Shown here one piece after another: positions 9,087-17,614 of a DNA stretch of 64,000 nucleotides. The stretch lies in the IMG/VR virus record IMGVR_UViG_3300045988_159685. One strand, 5' to 3'. A model generated the notes under the pieces. The model was not told the origin of the DNA. It searched no databases and was given only the letters and a program-made list of their open reading frames with translations. Position 1 is the first letter of the stretch, and each line of letters begins with the position of its first letter. This DNA comes from a virus. Both the position numbers and the translations under genes were made by a program.

Positions 9087-9803
9087 TTATCTAATGCCTC
9101 TGCTGTCGATTTCATGATTGATGAATTTCTGCAAATCATCATATGTCATAGCGGCAATAGTATCATCGAGACCATACTCATCGTCACATGTTGACACTGG
9201 GTAAATCTTGTTTGCCTCGCAGATCATCTGATCAACATTGCAATAATCGTCGCCATACTTTGTAGGATTGTCAACCGCAGTTCTATAAACCTCTACAATA
9301 TCATAGTCGCTATTTGACACATGCTCCAGGGTGTCATTGTCAAACTTGGAAAGCCATGTAAAGCTGTTATTAGCTGTATGATATCTAACAATATCGCCGA
9401 ACTCTGCGCCCTTAAATACTGTAGACCTCTTGCCGTTTCTATGAACAAGCATATCACCTGTTTTAAGGGAGTCGATTGTTATATCGTCGCCGTTAGCCTC
9501 GGCTGTAGCTCTGTCGTAAACAACTGTGCCGTACTCCAGCATCTTAAGTGGATTAAAAACAAGGTCGCCAATCTTATTGCTTGCAACGCCTATAGCACGA
9601 TAAACCTTAACAATTGTCAGTCCATCTGCTCTCTTGTTTGTCATATCTGAATTGTAGTTTACGCCGAGTCTTGAGAATGAATTAAACTCAGTATGGAAGC
9701 GAAGCACATCTTCTCTAGCTGTGCCCTTCATAACTGTTGCCATCTTACCGTTTGCACATATAACGAGGTCGCCTGTCTTAAGATTAGAAATTGTAAATGT
9801 CAT
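9087..9803 (-). CDS. hypothetical protein with internal duplication
   Basis: Two repeats: LKTGDLVICANGKMATVMKGTAREDVLRFHTEFNSF and LKTGDMLVHRNGKRSTVFKGAEFGDIVRYHTANNSF. Start moved to ATG 9803 after AAAGGAGA. Confidence 0.55.
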   Translation of the reverse strand: MTFTISNLKTGDLVICANGKMATVMKGTAREDVLRFHTEFNSFSRLGVNYNSDMTNKRADGLTIVKVYRAIGVASNKIGDLVFNPLKMLEYGTVVYDRATAEANGDDITIDSLKTGDMLVHRNGKRSTVFKGAEFGDIVRYHTANNSFTWLSKFDNDTLEHVSNSDYDIVEVYRTAVDNPTKYGDDYCNVDQMICEANKIYPVSTCDDEYGLDDTIAAMTYDDLQKFINHEIDSRGIR

Positions 9804-9927
9804 AAAAATATCTCCTTTTAAATGTTTTAATATTAGTGTCATTTGAATTGATATGTAGCGCTTTTTATTCTGGTGGACTACGACCATGAATAATCATGTT
9901 TATCACCCCCTCCGTTCGTCGTTAGAC

Positions 9928-11247
9928 TTATTTACATATCGCAACAGAAATTTCACTTTCTGGTTTGAAAGTTTCACAATCTGTCTCGTCGTTTGCTTCT
10001 CCCGGATACATTGCGTCGAGGAGTATCATCATAAAATCATCACTAAGATTTGTGCAATATGTCATATCATAAATTGACAAATTCATTATATAGTCATTTA
10101 TTTTTTCTATATTTTCATAAAACGCCCAAGGCATTTCCATTGAATCCTCTTCGCGATAACTTATTAGATCGCCTTTATCATCAACCAGTTTATACTGTTC
10201 TTGTAAAGGATAATATAGAGCTGTATCTTCATCAAGGCCATATATTGTGCCGTCTTTATCAATCACATATTCATCCAGTGATTCAGTTGGCTTACTATCT
10301 GGCTCATTAAAGTTCTTTAAATAAACCTTGCTGTTTGGCACGCAAAGTTTCTTGTGAAAAATGCTACTATAAAGATCTAAGCCTAGCTGCGGTTCTTCGT
10401 CATAGAAATCGCTGACTGAATTTTTTGCTTTGCCGCCGCCATAATAATCCTCAATTTTAAACTGTCCATCTTTGTCATCGCTTTTTTGTTTTTTAATGTC
10501 ATTACTGGCACTATAAAAATCATAGCCGTAATATCGCCCATAAAGGCCTGAATAATCATACTTGATTTTAACCTTTTCAATGTATTCATATCTTGGCGTT
10601 TCAGTATTGATGAGCACCATTGCACGCTTGATATTATTCTCAACATCTTCAAGGTTAATATATTCGTGCTGGGTATGAGGTGAATAGTACCCACTCGACA
10701 GATTAACGGCTGCAACCTTTAAATGCGGCGCAACGTGGCTTATATCACTACAACTACCCCATGCACTTTTGAAACCAACATCTGGATTTGTAATAAATTT
10801 TTCAAATTCATCATTATCACAATCGTAAAACACGGCGTCGTTTCCACTTTTTCTGTCAAACTCGATAATATAATTGAGTTTTTCTGGTACATATGAGGAT
10901 TTGCAAAATTTTCTGGCTCCAACGCAACCAATTTCTTCATCCTCGGTGAAGATTACTGAGCAATGAACGTCTTTGACAATTTGTAATATCATATAGATAC
11001 CACAACGGTCATCACCTCCGATACCCTGTGGTGACATTATATACTTGCCGTCTTCGGAAACGCACACAATCGTACAGTTATCATGATGTACGGTATCCAT
11101 ATGTGCCATTAGTAATACTGGATGCGTACCCTCTGCATATATGTAGCCGTCTTCATTTACAGGCGAATAACCTAAATTTTGAAGTTCTACAAAAAGCCTT
11201 TCTTTAAGCTTATCCTGTGGTAGTTTGCAAATCTCAATAATATTCAT
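9928..11247 (-). CDS. putative dinuclear Zn metallopeptidase (M20/M28/M42-like N-domain) with unknown C-domain
   Basis: Ordered ligand motifs AHMDTVHH, GGDDRCG, FTEDEEIGCVGA. Confidence 0.6.
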   Translation of the reverse strand: MNIIEICKLPQDKLKERLFVELQNLGYSPVNEDGYIYAEGTHPVLLMAHMDTVHHDNCTIVCVSEDGKYIMSPQGIGGDDRCGIYMILQIVKDVHCSVIFTEDEEIGCVGARKFCKSSYVPEKLNYIIEFDRKSGNDAVFYDCDNDEFEKFITNPDVGFKSAWGSCSDISHVAPHLKVAAVNLSSGYYSPHTQHEYINLEDVENNIKRAMVLINTETPRYEYIEKVKIKYDYSGLYGRYYGYDFYSASNDIKKQKSDDKDGQFKIEDYYGGGKAKNSVSDFYDEEPQLGLDLYSSIFHKKLCVPNSKVYLKNFNEPDSKPTESLDEYVIDKDGTIYGLDEDTALYYPLQEQYKLVDDKGDLISYREEDSMEMPWAFYENIEKINDYIMNLSIYDMTYCTNLSDDFMMILLDAMYPGEANDETDCETFKPESEISVAICK

Positions 11248-11248
11248 A

Positions 11249-13135
11249 TTAGTCCACCTCTTTTATTCCATCAATATCAACTATACATACATACTTGTCG
11301 TCAACATTAAGTGCACATAACGTATGTTCAGCACCATCGTACATCCACTTAAAAGTTTTTATTATTGTTCCAAAAATATTAAGATCATAGTAGCATTCAC
11401 AAGCTTTTCTATCAAAAAGCTGTAATGTTGGAAACATCTCTTTTGCACTAAGAAAACGTATAAAAATTAAACCCTTTTTTGAAACAAAAACTTTTTTGCC
11501 AGCAATAAGTTTCTTTTCACGGCAATCTTTACACAATCCGTCAACTAACGAATTGTTACCATAAAACGCTTGATGACAACAATTACATTTATGAACACGA
11601 TGCGGGGCATATAAAACATCATGTTCTTCGTCGTAACCCGCATAATTATCTACTTCTCTTACATAAAAATACTCATTGGTAATATCGTCAATAAAAAATG
11701 CCTCCTGTGTGCTCCAATCTTCCCCCTCATCACAATCGTCGCATATCATATTTCCTGAATTGCAAAGTTCATCGCCGCATTTCAAACACCAAGAACTATG
11801 CCCAATTGTAATATCATCGCCATCCCATATACTATCAAAAGCGTACAGATTAGTATTGTATTGCTCATAATTATAGTCTGGATAATGCAATGAGTTTTCC
11901 GCCGCGCAGATATGACTATGATCCACTTTTCTATACTCGTTTTTTATACCAAGACAATTGGATATTGCTTGCGAAACAAAATATGTATAAGTTGCGTCGC
12001 GCTGAGGTAACTTATAATTTGGATAGTTACGAGATTGCAATAGAAGCCCGTTCTGAAAACAATAAATCTGTCTTGTCAGCTTGTTGTTTTCCCATGGCTC
12101 GCCTACATATTGGTTTGACAAAGTATAAAAAATCATGCTCGAAGAATCCATTATATAAGACTGCGTTCCTGCATGATAACAACCGTGGTGCCCTACATGG
12201 TGACATGAATCCCATCCCTCACCATATGACATTTTTAGGAAGTCGCATGGATTTACTGAGAGTATTGCCACCTGCGTGTTTTTTAATGGGTTTACGGCAT
12301 CGGCAATCACCGCAAAATCGTGATTGTAGTTTGGGTATTTATCAAGTCCCATATCTACAAAAATCTTGTTAAGTTCACGAGAATACTTGGCCCCAACGGT
12401 CATATGTACGCCAACCGCCTCATACCTTTCTTTTATCTCCTTAGTAACAAACTGCTGTGGTTGGGTACACTGCACACCATCCCACATTATGTCTAATTGT
12501 TTGTCTGTCAGATACATACCGTTTTCACGGCAATTATGGTAAAATTCTTTACAAGCTTTAAGAAAGTCGTTACCGTCCTTTACACGAGTTTCTTCTACCT
12601 CACCTTTAATGCAAAGATTTTTTTCATCCCAATTAGGATGTTTCCTCAATATAGAAAGCAGTTCTGCTTTGTTTGTAAAGAATTCATTAACGATATCGAC
12701 AATAACGTCTTTATTATACTCGTAGCTTGCATCGTCAAGAATACTGCACATATTATTTACAATATCCATGCGTTCACAAGAACCCTGTGGTTCTTTTTCA
12801 TGAGGCTTCATTGGAGCAAAAAACGTAAGCTCATCAGCTTCAGGTGAAATATAATGATATAAAGCCGATTCACCATTATTTTTTTCATATGTAAATGTTG
12901 CCGTAGAATCAATAACGTGTTTGGCTATTTTACATACCTTAACTTTTCTGCCGTTCTTACGCAGAACGATAGTGTCACCAATCTCAAAGAGGTTTTCACT
13001 AAGTTCACTGCGGTTATAGATTTCTCCCGACATCATATAAACTTCGTCGCCTGCTATCTTCCTTATTCTGCCGATATACTCTCCACAACGAACAAGCTCA
13101 AATCTTCTTAATGTTTTAAATTTTTCTTCCGTCAT
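11249..13135 (-). CDS. large hypothetical protein, paralogue of 7075..8661, Cys-rich C-terminus
   Basis: HPNWDEKNLCIKG and NPCDFLKMSYGEGWDSCHHVGHHGCYHAGTQSY...TRQIY...QSRNYP. C-terminal CxxC clusters (CLKCGDELC, CDDCDEG, CNCCHQ, CKDCREK). Confidence 0.6.
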   Translation of the reverse strand: MTEEKFKTLRRFELVRCGEYIGRIRKIAGDEVYMMSGEIYNRSELSENLFEIGDTIVLRKNGRKVKVCKIAKHVIDSTATFTYEKNNGESALYHYISPEADELTFFAPMKPHEKEPQGSCERMDIVNNMCSILDDASYEYNKDVIVDIVNEFFTNKAELLSILRKHPNWDEKNLCIKGEVEETRVKDGNDFLKACKEFYHNCRENGMYLTDKQLDIMWDGVQCTQPQQFVTKEIKERYEAVGVHMTVGAKYSRELNKIFVDMGLDKYPNYNHDFAVIADAVNPLKNTQVAILSVNPCDFLKMSYGEGWDSCHHVGHHGCYHAGTQSYIMDSSSMIFYTLSNQYVGEPWENNKLTRQIYCFQNGLLLQSRNYPNYKLPQRDATYTYFVSQAISNCLGIKNEYRKVDHSHICAAENSLHYPDYNYEQYNTNLYAFDSIWDGDDITIGHSSWCLKCGDELCNSGNMICDDCDEGEDWSTQEAFFIDDITNEYFYVREVDNYAGYDEEHDVLYAPHRVHKCNCCHQAFYGNNSLVDGLCKDCREKKLIAGKKVFVSKKGLIFIRFLSAKEMFPTLQLFDRKACECYYDLNIFGTIIKTFKWMYDGAEHTLCALNVDDKYVCIVDIDGIKEVD

Positions 13136-13153
13136 TTTAAGACACTCCTTTTT

Positions 13154-13384
13154 TTATTTACCCATTAGAGGCATTACAAATTTAATAAATGTTATAGGAT
13201 TAACATTTTGTCTTTCACATTCAGATATGATATCTTCCATGTGCGTTGTTTTTGGTCTACATTTCGCTATTCGTTTCATAATGTAACGAAAAAGCAAATA
13301 GGTATGCGGGCTATTAATTTCCTTTATTTTTTCAAGCAAATCCAGGTATCGCTTAAAAAAGAAAACACTTTTTTCCAACCTCAT
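13154..13384 (-). CDS. hypothetical protein
   Basis: ORF track; SD AGGAGGTG. Confidence 0.45.
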   Translation of the reverse strand: MRLEKSVFFFKRYLDLLEKIKEINSPHTYLLFRYIMKRIAKCRPKTTHMEDIISECERQNVNPITFIKFVMPLMGK

Positions 13385-13402
13385 ATATTCACCTCCTAAA
13401 AA

Positions 13403-13663
13403 TTAAAGCGCTCTGCCGTCAAGGGATTCAAGCATGTATAAATCAAAGACATAGTCATAATTAATGCCGAGTAAGTATCCATCATAACCATCAAAATCGT
13501 CTTCAAAAGCATCTATCGTGGTTTCTTCGCCACAAAAATTATACATGTAACCAGCAAATGTATGTCCTACCTCAATTGCCCCATTTTTATCGTGTGGTTC
13601 TACAAACTCACACAATAAATCTTTGCACCGCCTAATCCGAACCCTATCTCCAATTTTAGTCAT
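13403..13663 (-). CDS. small-protein family member (MTKIGDRVRIRRCKDLLCEF...YMLESLDG)
   Basis: ORF track, SD, family motifs. Confidence 0.6.
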   Translation of the reverse strand: MTKIGDRVRIRRCKDLLCEFVEPHDKNGAIEVGHTFAGYMYNFCGEETTIDAFEDDFDGYDGYLLGINYDYVFDLYMLESLDGRAL

Positions 13664-13678
13664 ATCATCATCTCCTAT

Positions 13679-13975
13679 TTAATTTTCAGCAATAAGGCTA
13701 CCGTCAAGGCGTTCTAACATATATGCGTTAAAATTGAAACTGCACGCTTCATCTATACGAAAAATGTCATAACTTCCATCTATCAGAAACAGATTAATTA
13801 TTTTGTGTTCCTCTCCACAGTATTTGCACATGGCGTCAACAAAAGAACTATCCTTCTCAATTAAGATACCCCAATTACCAAACATTTCAACGCCGTCATA
13901 CATTTCGATGTCTATATATTCACAGGCTAAATCTTTTAGTCGTCTAACCCTGATTTTGTCTCCAACTTGCAACAT
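13679..13975 (-). CDS. small-protein family member (MLQVGDKIRVRRLKDLACEY...YMLERLDGSLIAEN)
   Basis: ORF track, SD GGAGGCGG, family motifs. Confidence 0.6.
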   Translation of the reverse strand: MLQVGDKIRVRRLKDLACEYIDIEMYDGVEMFGNWGILIEKDSSFVDAMCKYCGEEHKIINLFLIDGSYDIFRIDEACSFNFNAYMLERLDGSLIAEN

Positions 13976-13990
13976 ATCACCGCCTCCTAT

Positions 13991-14290
13991 TTAATTTTCA
14001 GCAATAAGACTGCCATCGAGATGTTCTAACATATACGCGTTCAAATTGAAAGGACATTTATACGCAGAAAAAACGGCACAACCTCTATATGGAGAATGGC
14101 GCGAATTTATTACGAGCTCCTGCCCACAAAAGACACACATGCTATCAATAAAAAAGCTTCCTTTGTCAATCAGAGCTATACATTCGCTACCAGTTCCGGA
14201 TCCGATTAGTTTATACCTTTCAATATTCATGTGTTCACAGGCTAAATCTTTTAGTCTTCTAACTCGAACTTTGTCACCCACCTGTATCAA
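13991..14290 (-). CDS. small-protein family member (IQVGDKVRVRRLKDLACEH...YMLEHLDGSLIAEN)
   Basis: ORF track 13991..14311. Start moved to TTG 14290, 8 nt after GGAGGTGG. Confidence 0.55.
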   Translation of the reverse strand: MIQVGDKVRVRRLKDLACEHMNIERYKLIGSGTGSECIALIDKGSFFIDSMCVFCGQELVINSRHSPYRGCAVFSAYKCPFNLNAYMLEHLDGSLIAEN

Positions 14291-14322
14291 AACAGTACCA
14301 CCTCCTATCAAATAAATAATTG

Positions 14323-14796
14323 TTAAAGATTAAAGTTAAACTTAATCATTTTATCATTAAACCAATTACATAATTTTATATATTTAGTTATGTCATAAAG
14401 CATAATCTGATTATATTCACAATTATAATGGTCAATAAAATCAGGAATATATCTTAGCCTAAAATCATCTGGGGTAATTTGATATAAGCCTCTGCCATAA
14501 AAATCATTGCCCTTTATCTTATACCCACAAAGCATACTTATAAAAGAGTAAGTATCTTCATTATTAATCCATACGACCTTTTCTGTTGAAAGCCTATCTT
14601 TTATAGTGTGAAGTGCAAGTGTTTTATGCCAAGTCAAAACGGCTCCTACATTAACTGTATTATCTGTTATTGTAGGAGTGAATATAAGGAATTCTCTACA
14701 AGCGGGGTTTGTTTTATATTCTTCTTGTATAGCTCTTTCACGATTGGTATATGTAGTTCCGTTTGTAATTGTATAGGCATGGGTTTCTTTTAGCAT
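14323..14796 (-). CDS. hypothetical protein
   Basis: ORF track; ATG after GGGAGG. Confidence 0.5.
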   Translation of the reverse strand: MLKETHAYTITNGTTYTNRERAIQEEYKTNPACREFLIFTPTITDNTVNVGAVLTWHKTLALHTIKDRLSTEKVVWINNEDTYSFISMLCGYKIKGNDFYGRGLYQITPDDFRLRYIPDFIDHYNCEYNQIMLYDITKYIKLCNWFNDKMIKFNFNL

Positions 14797-14826
14797 ATAA
14801 TACAACCTCCCTTATAGTTTTATCAT

Positions 14827-15150
14827 CTACACCCATAATTGATTATCCAACTCTTCCAAATCTTCTTCAGTATATTCTCTAACGTTTTTTCCACATCTTT
14901 CAAACATATATTCTGCAAAGGCAAAAGGCAATTCTCGACCACAATTAGTTTCAAGCCTATAAATATTATGATTGCAGAAGTAAAAATCCTTTATAAAGAA
15001 TTCTTTTCCGCAATATGGAATCATGCTTTTGATGAAATGAATATATCCGAAAATCAATGCGTTACCACAATACTGTGGAGACGGAGTTTCAAACTCGCAC
15101 CGCATATCCTTAAGAGATCTTATTCGCACTTTGTCGCCTATCTGATACAT
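14827..15150 (-). CDS. small-protein family member (MYQIGDKVRIRSLKDMRCEF...EYMFERCG)
   Basis: ORF track; the 5' end lies in a 45-bp direct repeat. Confidence 0.6.
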   Translation of the reverse strand: MYQIGDKVRIRSLKDMRCEFETPSPQYCGNALIFGYIHFIKSMIPYCGKEFFIKDFYFCNHNIYRLETNCGRELPFAFAEYMFERCGKNVREYTEEDLEELDNQLWV

Positions 15151-15156
15151 TAAAAA

Positions 15157-15420
15157 TCACCTCTTTTCAAACATATATTCCTCAAAAGTAGATAAAAGAG
15201 GGGCTCTATTTATGGTTTCAAGTAGATAACATTTACGCCCATCCACATATCTTAGTTGACGAATATGATATTGCTGCCCACAAAAAATAACCATGTACTT
15301 TAAAAAACCTGTCCCTTTTCTTATTAATAAATTCCCAACATAGTACGGCGGCATCGTTTCATATTCACACAGCATATCTTTTAAACGCCTCATTTGCACT
15401 TTGTCGCCTATCTGATACAT
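15157..15420 (-). CDS. small-protein family member (MYQIGDKVQMRRLKDMLCEY...EYMFEKR)
   Basis: ORF track; the 5' end lies in a 45-bp direct repeat. Confidence 0.6.
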   Translation of the reverse strand: MYQIGDKVQMRRLKDMLCEYETMPPYYVGNLLIRKGTGFLKYMVIFCGQQYHIRQLRYVDGRKCYLLETINRAPLLSTFEEYMFEKR

Positions 15421-16010
15421 TAAAAATCACCTCTTTTCAATAGGTCATTTACGATGTCCTTAAAGAGTTTGCGTAATTTCGGGTTATTTTCTATAACCTC
15501 ATGTTTTGAGGTTACATTTGCCCTCTTCATACGATTACTCCATACGATGCCATATCTTGCAGACATTTCACCATAAATACGCCGCAATGTGGCATTATAC
15601 CCCAGAGAGTTATCGTCACGCCTTTGCGCAAGAGGAGCCGCCACCATTGAACAAGTGACATCGATTAGTTCTACCGGTGTAAGATCTAATTTTCTTACAT
15701 TCATATTATCCATAATGTGGTATGTAAATGTTGTTCTTTCAACAATTCTGAATTTTAAAAAGTCAAGAAAATCTTTGCCATCACAATGTCTTGTTTCGTA
15801 TTTGCGACTAAAGCCCCATACACGGCAAAACTCATTAATAGTTTCATTGATAAGTTGTTCTGTTTTTCTACGTGCTGTCGTTTCTTTCCCAAATGTTTTT
15901 ATTAAAAAATGGTTATATACATTAGTAAGCAAAACGCTTTTCCATTCATCCGCGCCGAGCACTCTCCCAAGAATTTGTTCGTCGCGTGTAGCCCTTTCAA
16001 TCTTTTTCAT
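15420..16010 (-). CDS. hypothetical protein
   Basis: ORF track; SD AAGGGA. Confidence 0.5.
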   Translation of the reverse strand: MKKIERATRDEQILGRVLGADEWKSVLLTNVYNHFLIKTFGKETTARRKTEQLINETINEFCRVWGFSRKYETRHCDGKDFLDFLKFRIVERTTFTYHIMDNMNVRKLDLTPVELIDVTCSMVAAPLAQRRDDNSLGYNATLRRIYGEMSARYGIVWSNRMKRANVTSKHEVIENNPKLRKLFKDIVNDLLKRGDF

Positions 16011-16085
16011 GTAAATCTATCCCTTCTTTTTTTATTATGTAGTTATATGAAACTACATATCAGTAATACTATTGGTTGCATTATT

Positions 16086-16160
16086 TGGTGACTCGTGCAG
16101 GAATTGCACCTACGATTCCATCCTGAGAAGATAGCGTCTTAACTACTTGACCAACGAGCC
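16086..16160 (-). tRNA. tRNA-Glu(CUC), copy A, CCA encoded
   Basis: Minus strand GGCTCGT-TG-GTCAAGTAGTTAAGAC-G-CTATC-TTCTCAG-GATGG-AATC-GTAGG-TGCAATT-CCTGC-ACGAGTC-A-CCA. The GGTCAAG..GGTTAAGAC D-arm is typical of bacterial tRNA-Glu. Confidence 0.85.
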
Positions 16161-16243
16161 ATAAGCCCATAAGGGCTTTTTAATACTATGGGATTATTGG
16201 AGGTGAAGAACCATAGTATGTATCAGGAATTACCCTCGCGCTG

Positions 16244-16319
16244 TGGCTGGAGTGGCTGGACTCGAACCAGCGGAATGACGGAGTCAAAGTCCGTTGCCTT
16301 ACCTCTTGGCTACACTCCA
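16244..16319 (-). tRNA. tRNA-Gln(UUG), CCA encoded
   Basis: TGGAGTG-TA-GCCAAGAGGTAAGGC-A-ACGGA-CTTTGAC-TCCGT-CATTCC-GCTGG-TTCGAGT-CCAGC-CACTCCA-G-CCA. Has the U1-A72 pair typical of tRNA-Gln. Confidence 0.9.
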
Positions 16320-16345
16320 ATATAGCCCGTAAAAGCGGGCATTTT

Positions 16346-16618
16346 TTACAACTTTTTACCATCAAGGGTTTCGAACATATATTCCGTCCAAGCCCAACAC
16401 GTGATTTCATTCAACGTATATTCGCCTGTATCTCCATATCCTCTATCCTGAATCTCCGTTATACTGTGAATTTCTCCACAATATATATACATTGATGGGT
16501 TAAAACTTAAATATGAATTTTTGGGGCGTAATGGTTCATCTTCTTGATTGTTGTAACTATATTCGCAAAGCAGGTCTTTTTTACGCCTTATTCTGACTTC
16601 ATTGCCGATTTTTAGCAT
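16346..16618 (-). CDS. small-protein family member (MLKIGNEVRIRRKKDLLCEY...EYMFETLDGKKL)
   Basis: ORF track 16346..16633. Start moved to the ATG of MLKIG. Overlaps the upstream gene end by 20 nt. Confidence 0.6.
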   Translation of the reverse strand: MLKIGNEVRIRRKKDLLCEYSYNNQEDEPLRPKNSYLSFNPSMYIYCGEIHSITEIQDRGYGDTGEYTLNEITCWAWTEYMFETLDGKKL

Positions 16619-17150
16619 TATGCACACCTCCAATTTTGTATGGAATCTGAGTTACTCCAAGTTTTTTTGCGGCAATGTATCTGGCATAGCCGTCTTTCAA
16701 AATTTTGTTGCCCTTAGCATCAAGCTTTATAGTTATGGGGTTATCGAAAATTCCATAATATTTATAGAAACAGATAGCCCTGTCCACCTTTTCTTTCTTT
16801 GGCGGATGATTCATAAAGTCTCTGGGTATGTACACTTTATCTACATCTATGAGCTTTTTGAAGTTGCTCATAAAAGCGGGGCGACTAATGTTTACAACTA
16901 TCGCATTTATAGTTGCTACGCCATCACGCTTGGAGATTTCGTAATCTCTTCGACCTGTAATCAAAGAATATGTATCACGGGAATTTCGCCGCACAATTAC
17001 AACGAGGTTGTCTTTTGTGCCGAGTTTTTCAGTGTCGATACTCTTCTTGTGTACACTATCTGTCAGCATGATGTTCCTAACTGGTATAGGAATCGCCTGC
17101 GCCGCCATTCTTGACCTGAAATTTTTTATATTGTTAAAACAGTACGCCAT
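16599..17150 (-). CDS. protein with two ParB/Srx-like N-terminal domains
   Basis: YSLITGRRDYEISKRDGVATINAIV and ILKDGYARYIAAKKLGVTQIPY resemble the ParB-nuclease DGxHR...LG...IP box. Confidence 0.5.
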   Translation of the reverse strand: MAYCFNNIKNFRSRMAAQAIPIPVRNIMLTDSVHKKSIDTEKLGTKDNLVVIVRRNSRDTYSLITGRRDYEISKRDGVATINAIVVNISRPAFMSNFKKLIDVDKVYIPRDFMNHPPKKEKVDRAICFYKYYGIFDNPITIKLDAKGNKILKDGYARYIAAKKLGVTQIPYKIGGVHNAKNRQ

Positions 17151-17179
17151 AATTTCTACCTCCTATTTTTTATAATGGC

Positions 17180-17255
17180 TGGTGTGCCATTCGGGATTTG
17201 AACCCGAGACCTTTCGATTAAAAGTCGAATGCTCTACCAATTGAGCTAATGGCAC
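17180..17255 (-). tRNA. tRNA-Lys(UUU), copy 1, CCA encoded
   Basis: GTGCCAT-TA-GCTC-AATTGGTA-GAGC-A-TTCGA-CTTTTAA-TCGAA-AGGTC-TCGGG-TTCAAAT-CCCGA-ATGGCAC-A-CCA. Confidence 0.9.
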
Positions 17256-17387
17256 ATAGACCGCCGTGGCGGTCAGCATTGTAACCCATGGTTACACAGA
17301 TTACAATTTAATTACAAAGTGGTGACATAATTCAATCGACCGTGTTACTTAAATGTAACTCGCAAGCTTTTTAGCTTGCATTTGAAT

Positions 17388-17428
17388 AAAAAAAATAACG
17401 ACGGATTAACCAAAGTTGACCCGTCGTT
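17388..17428 (-). terminator. rho-independent terminator
   Basis: Minus strand AACGACGG-16 nt-CCGTCGTT-A-U8. Ends a ~390-nt untranslated stretch downstream of CDS 17820..18461. Confidence 0.65.
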
Positions 17429-17614
17429 AAATATATAAAATGGACACTTTTCAGCCTTGTGGATAACCTACGGTCAAGTTATGACGCACCTTAACCAAAC
17501 TCAAGGGTTTTGTAAAATCTTAATTGTTGTGCTTTAAGATTTAAGCTTTAGACGATTATAAGCTTTGAACTTTCGTAATTAAATTTTCAGCTTTATGCCT
17601 TAAGCTTTATCTTA

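Noticed and set aside
16164-16182. Hairpin AAGCCC-ATAA-GGGCTT plus T-run read as a plus-strand terminator.
   Set aside because: No plus-strand gene lies upstream. It fits the recurrent minus-strand hairpin-UAU-tRNA module instead.
16186-16410. 74-aa ORF on the minus strand.
   Set aside because: It reads straight through the tRNA-Gln gene (16244..16319) and has no SD.
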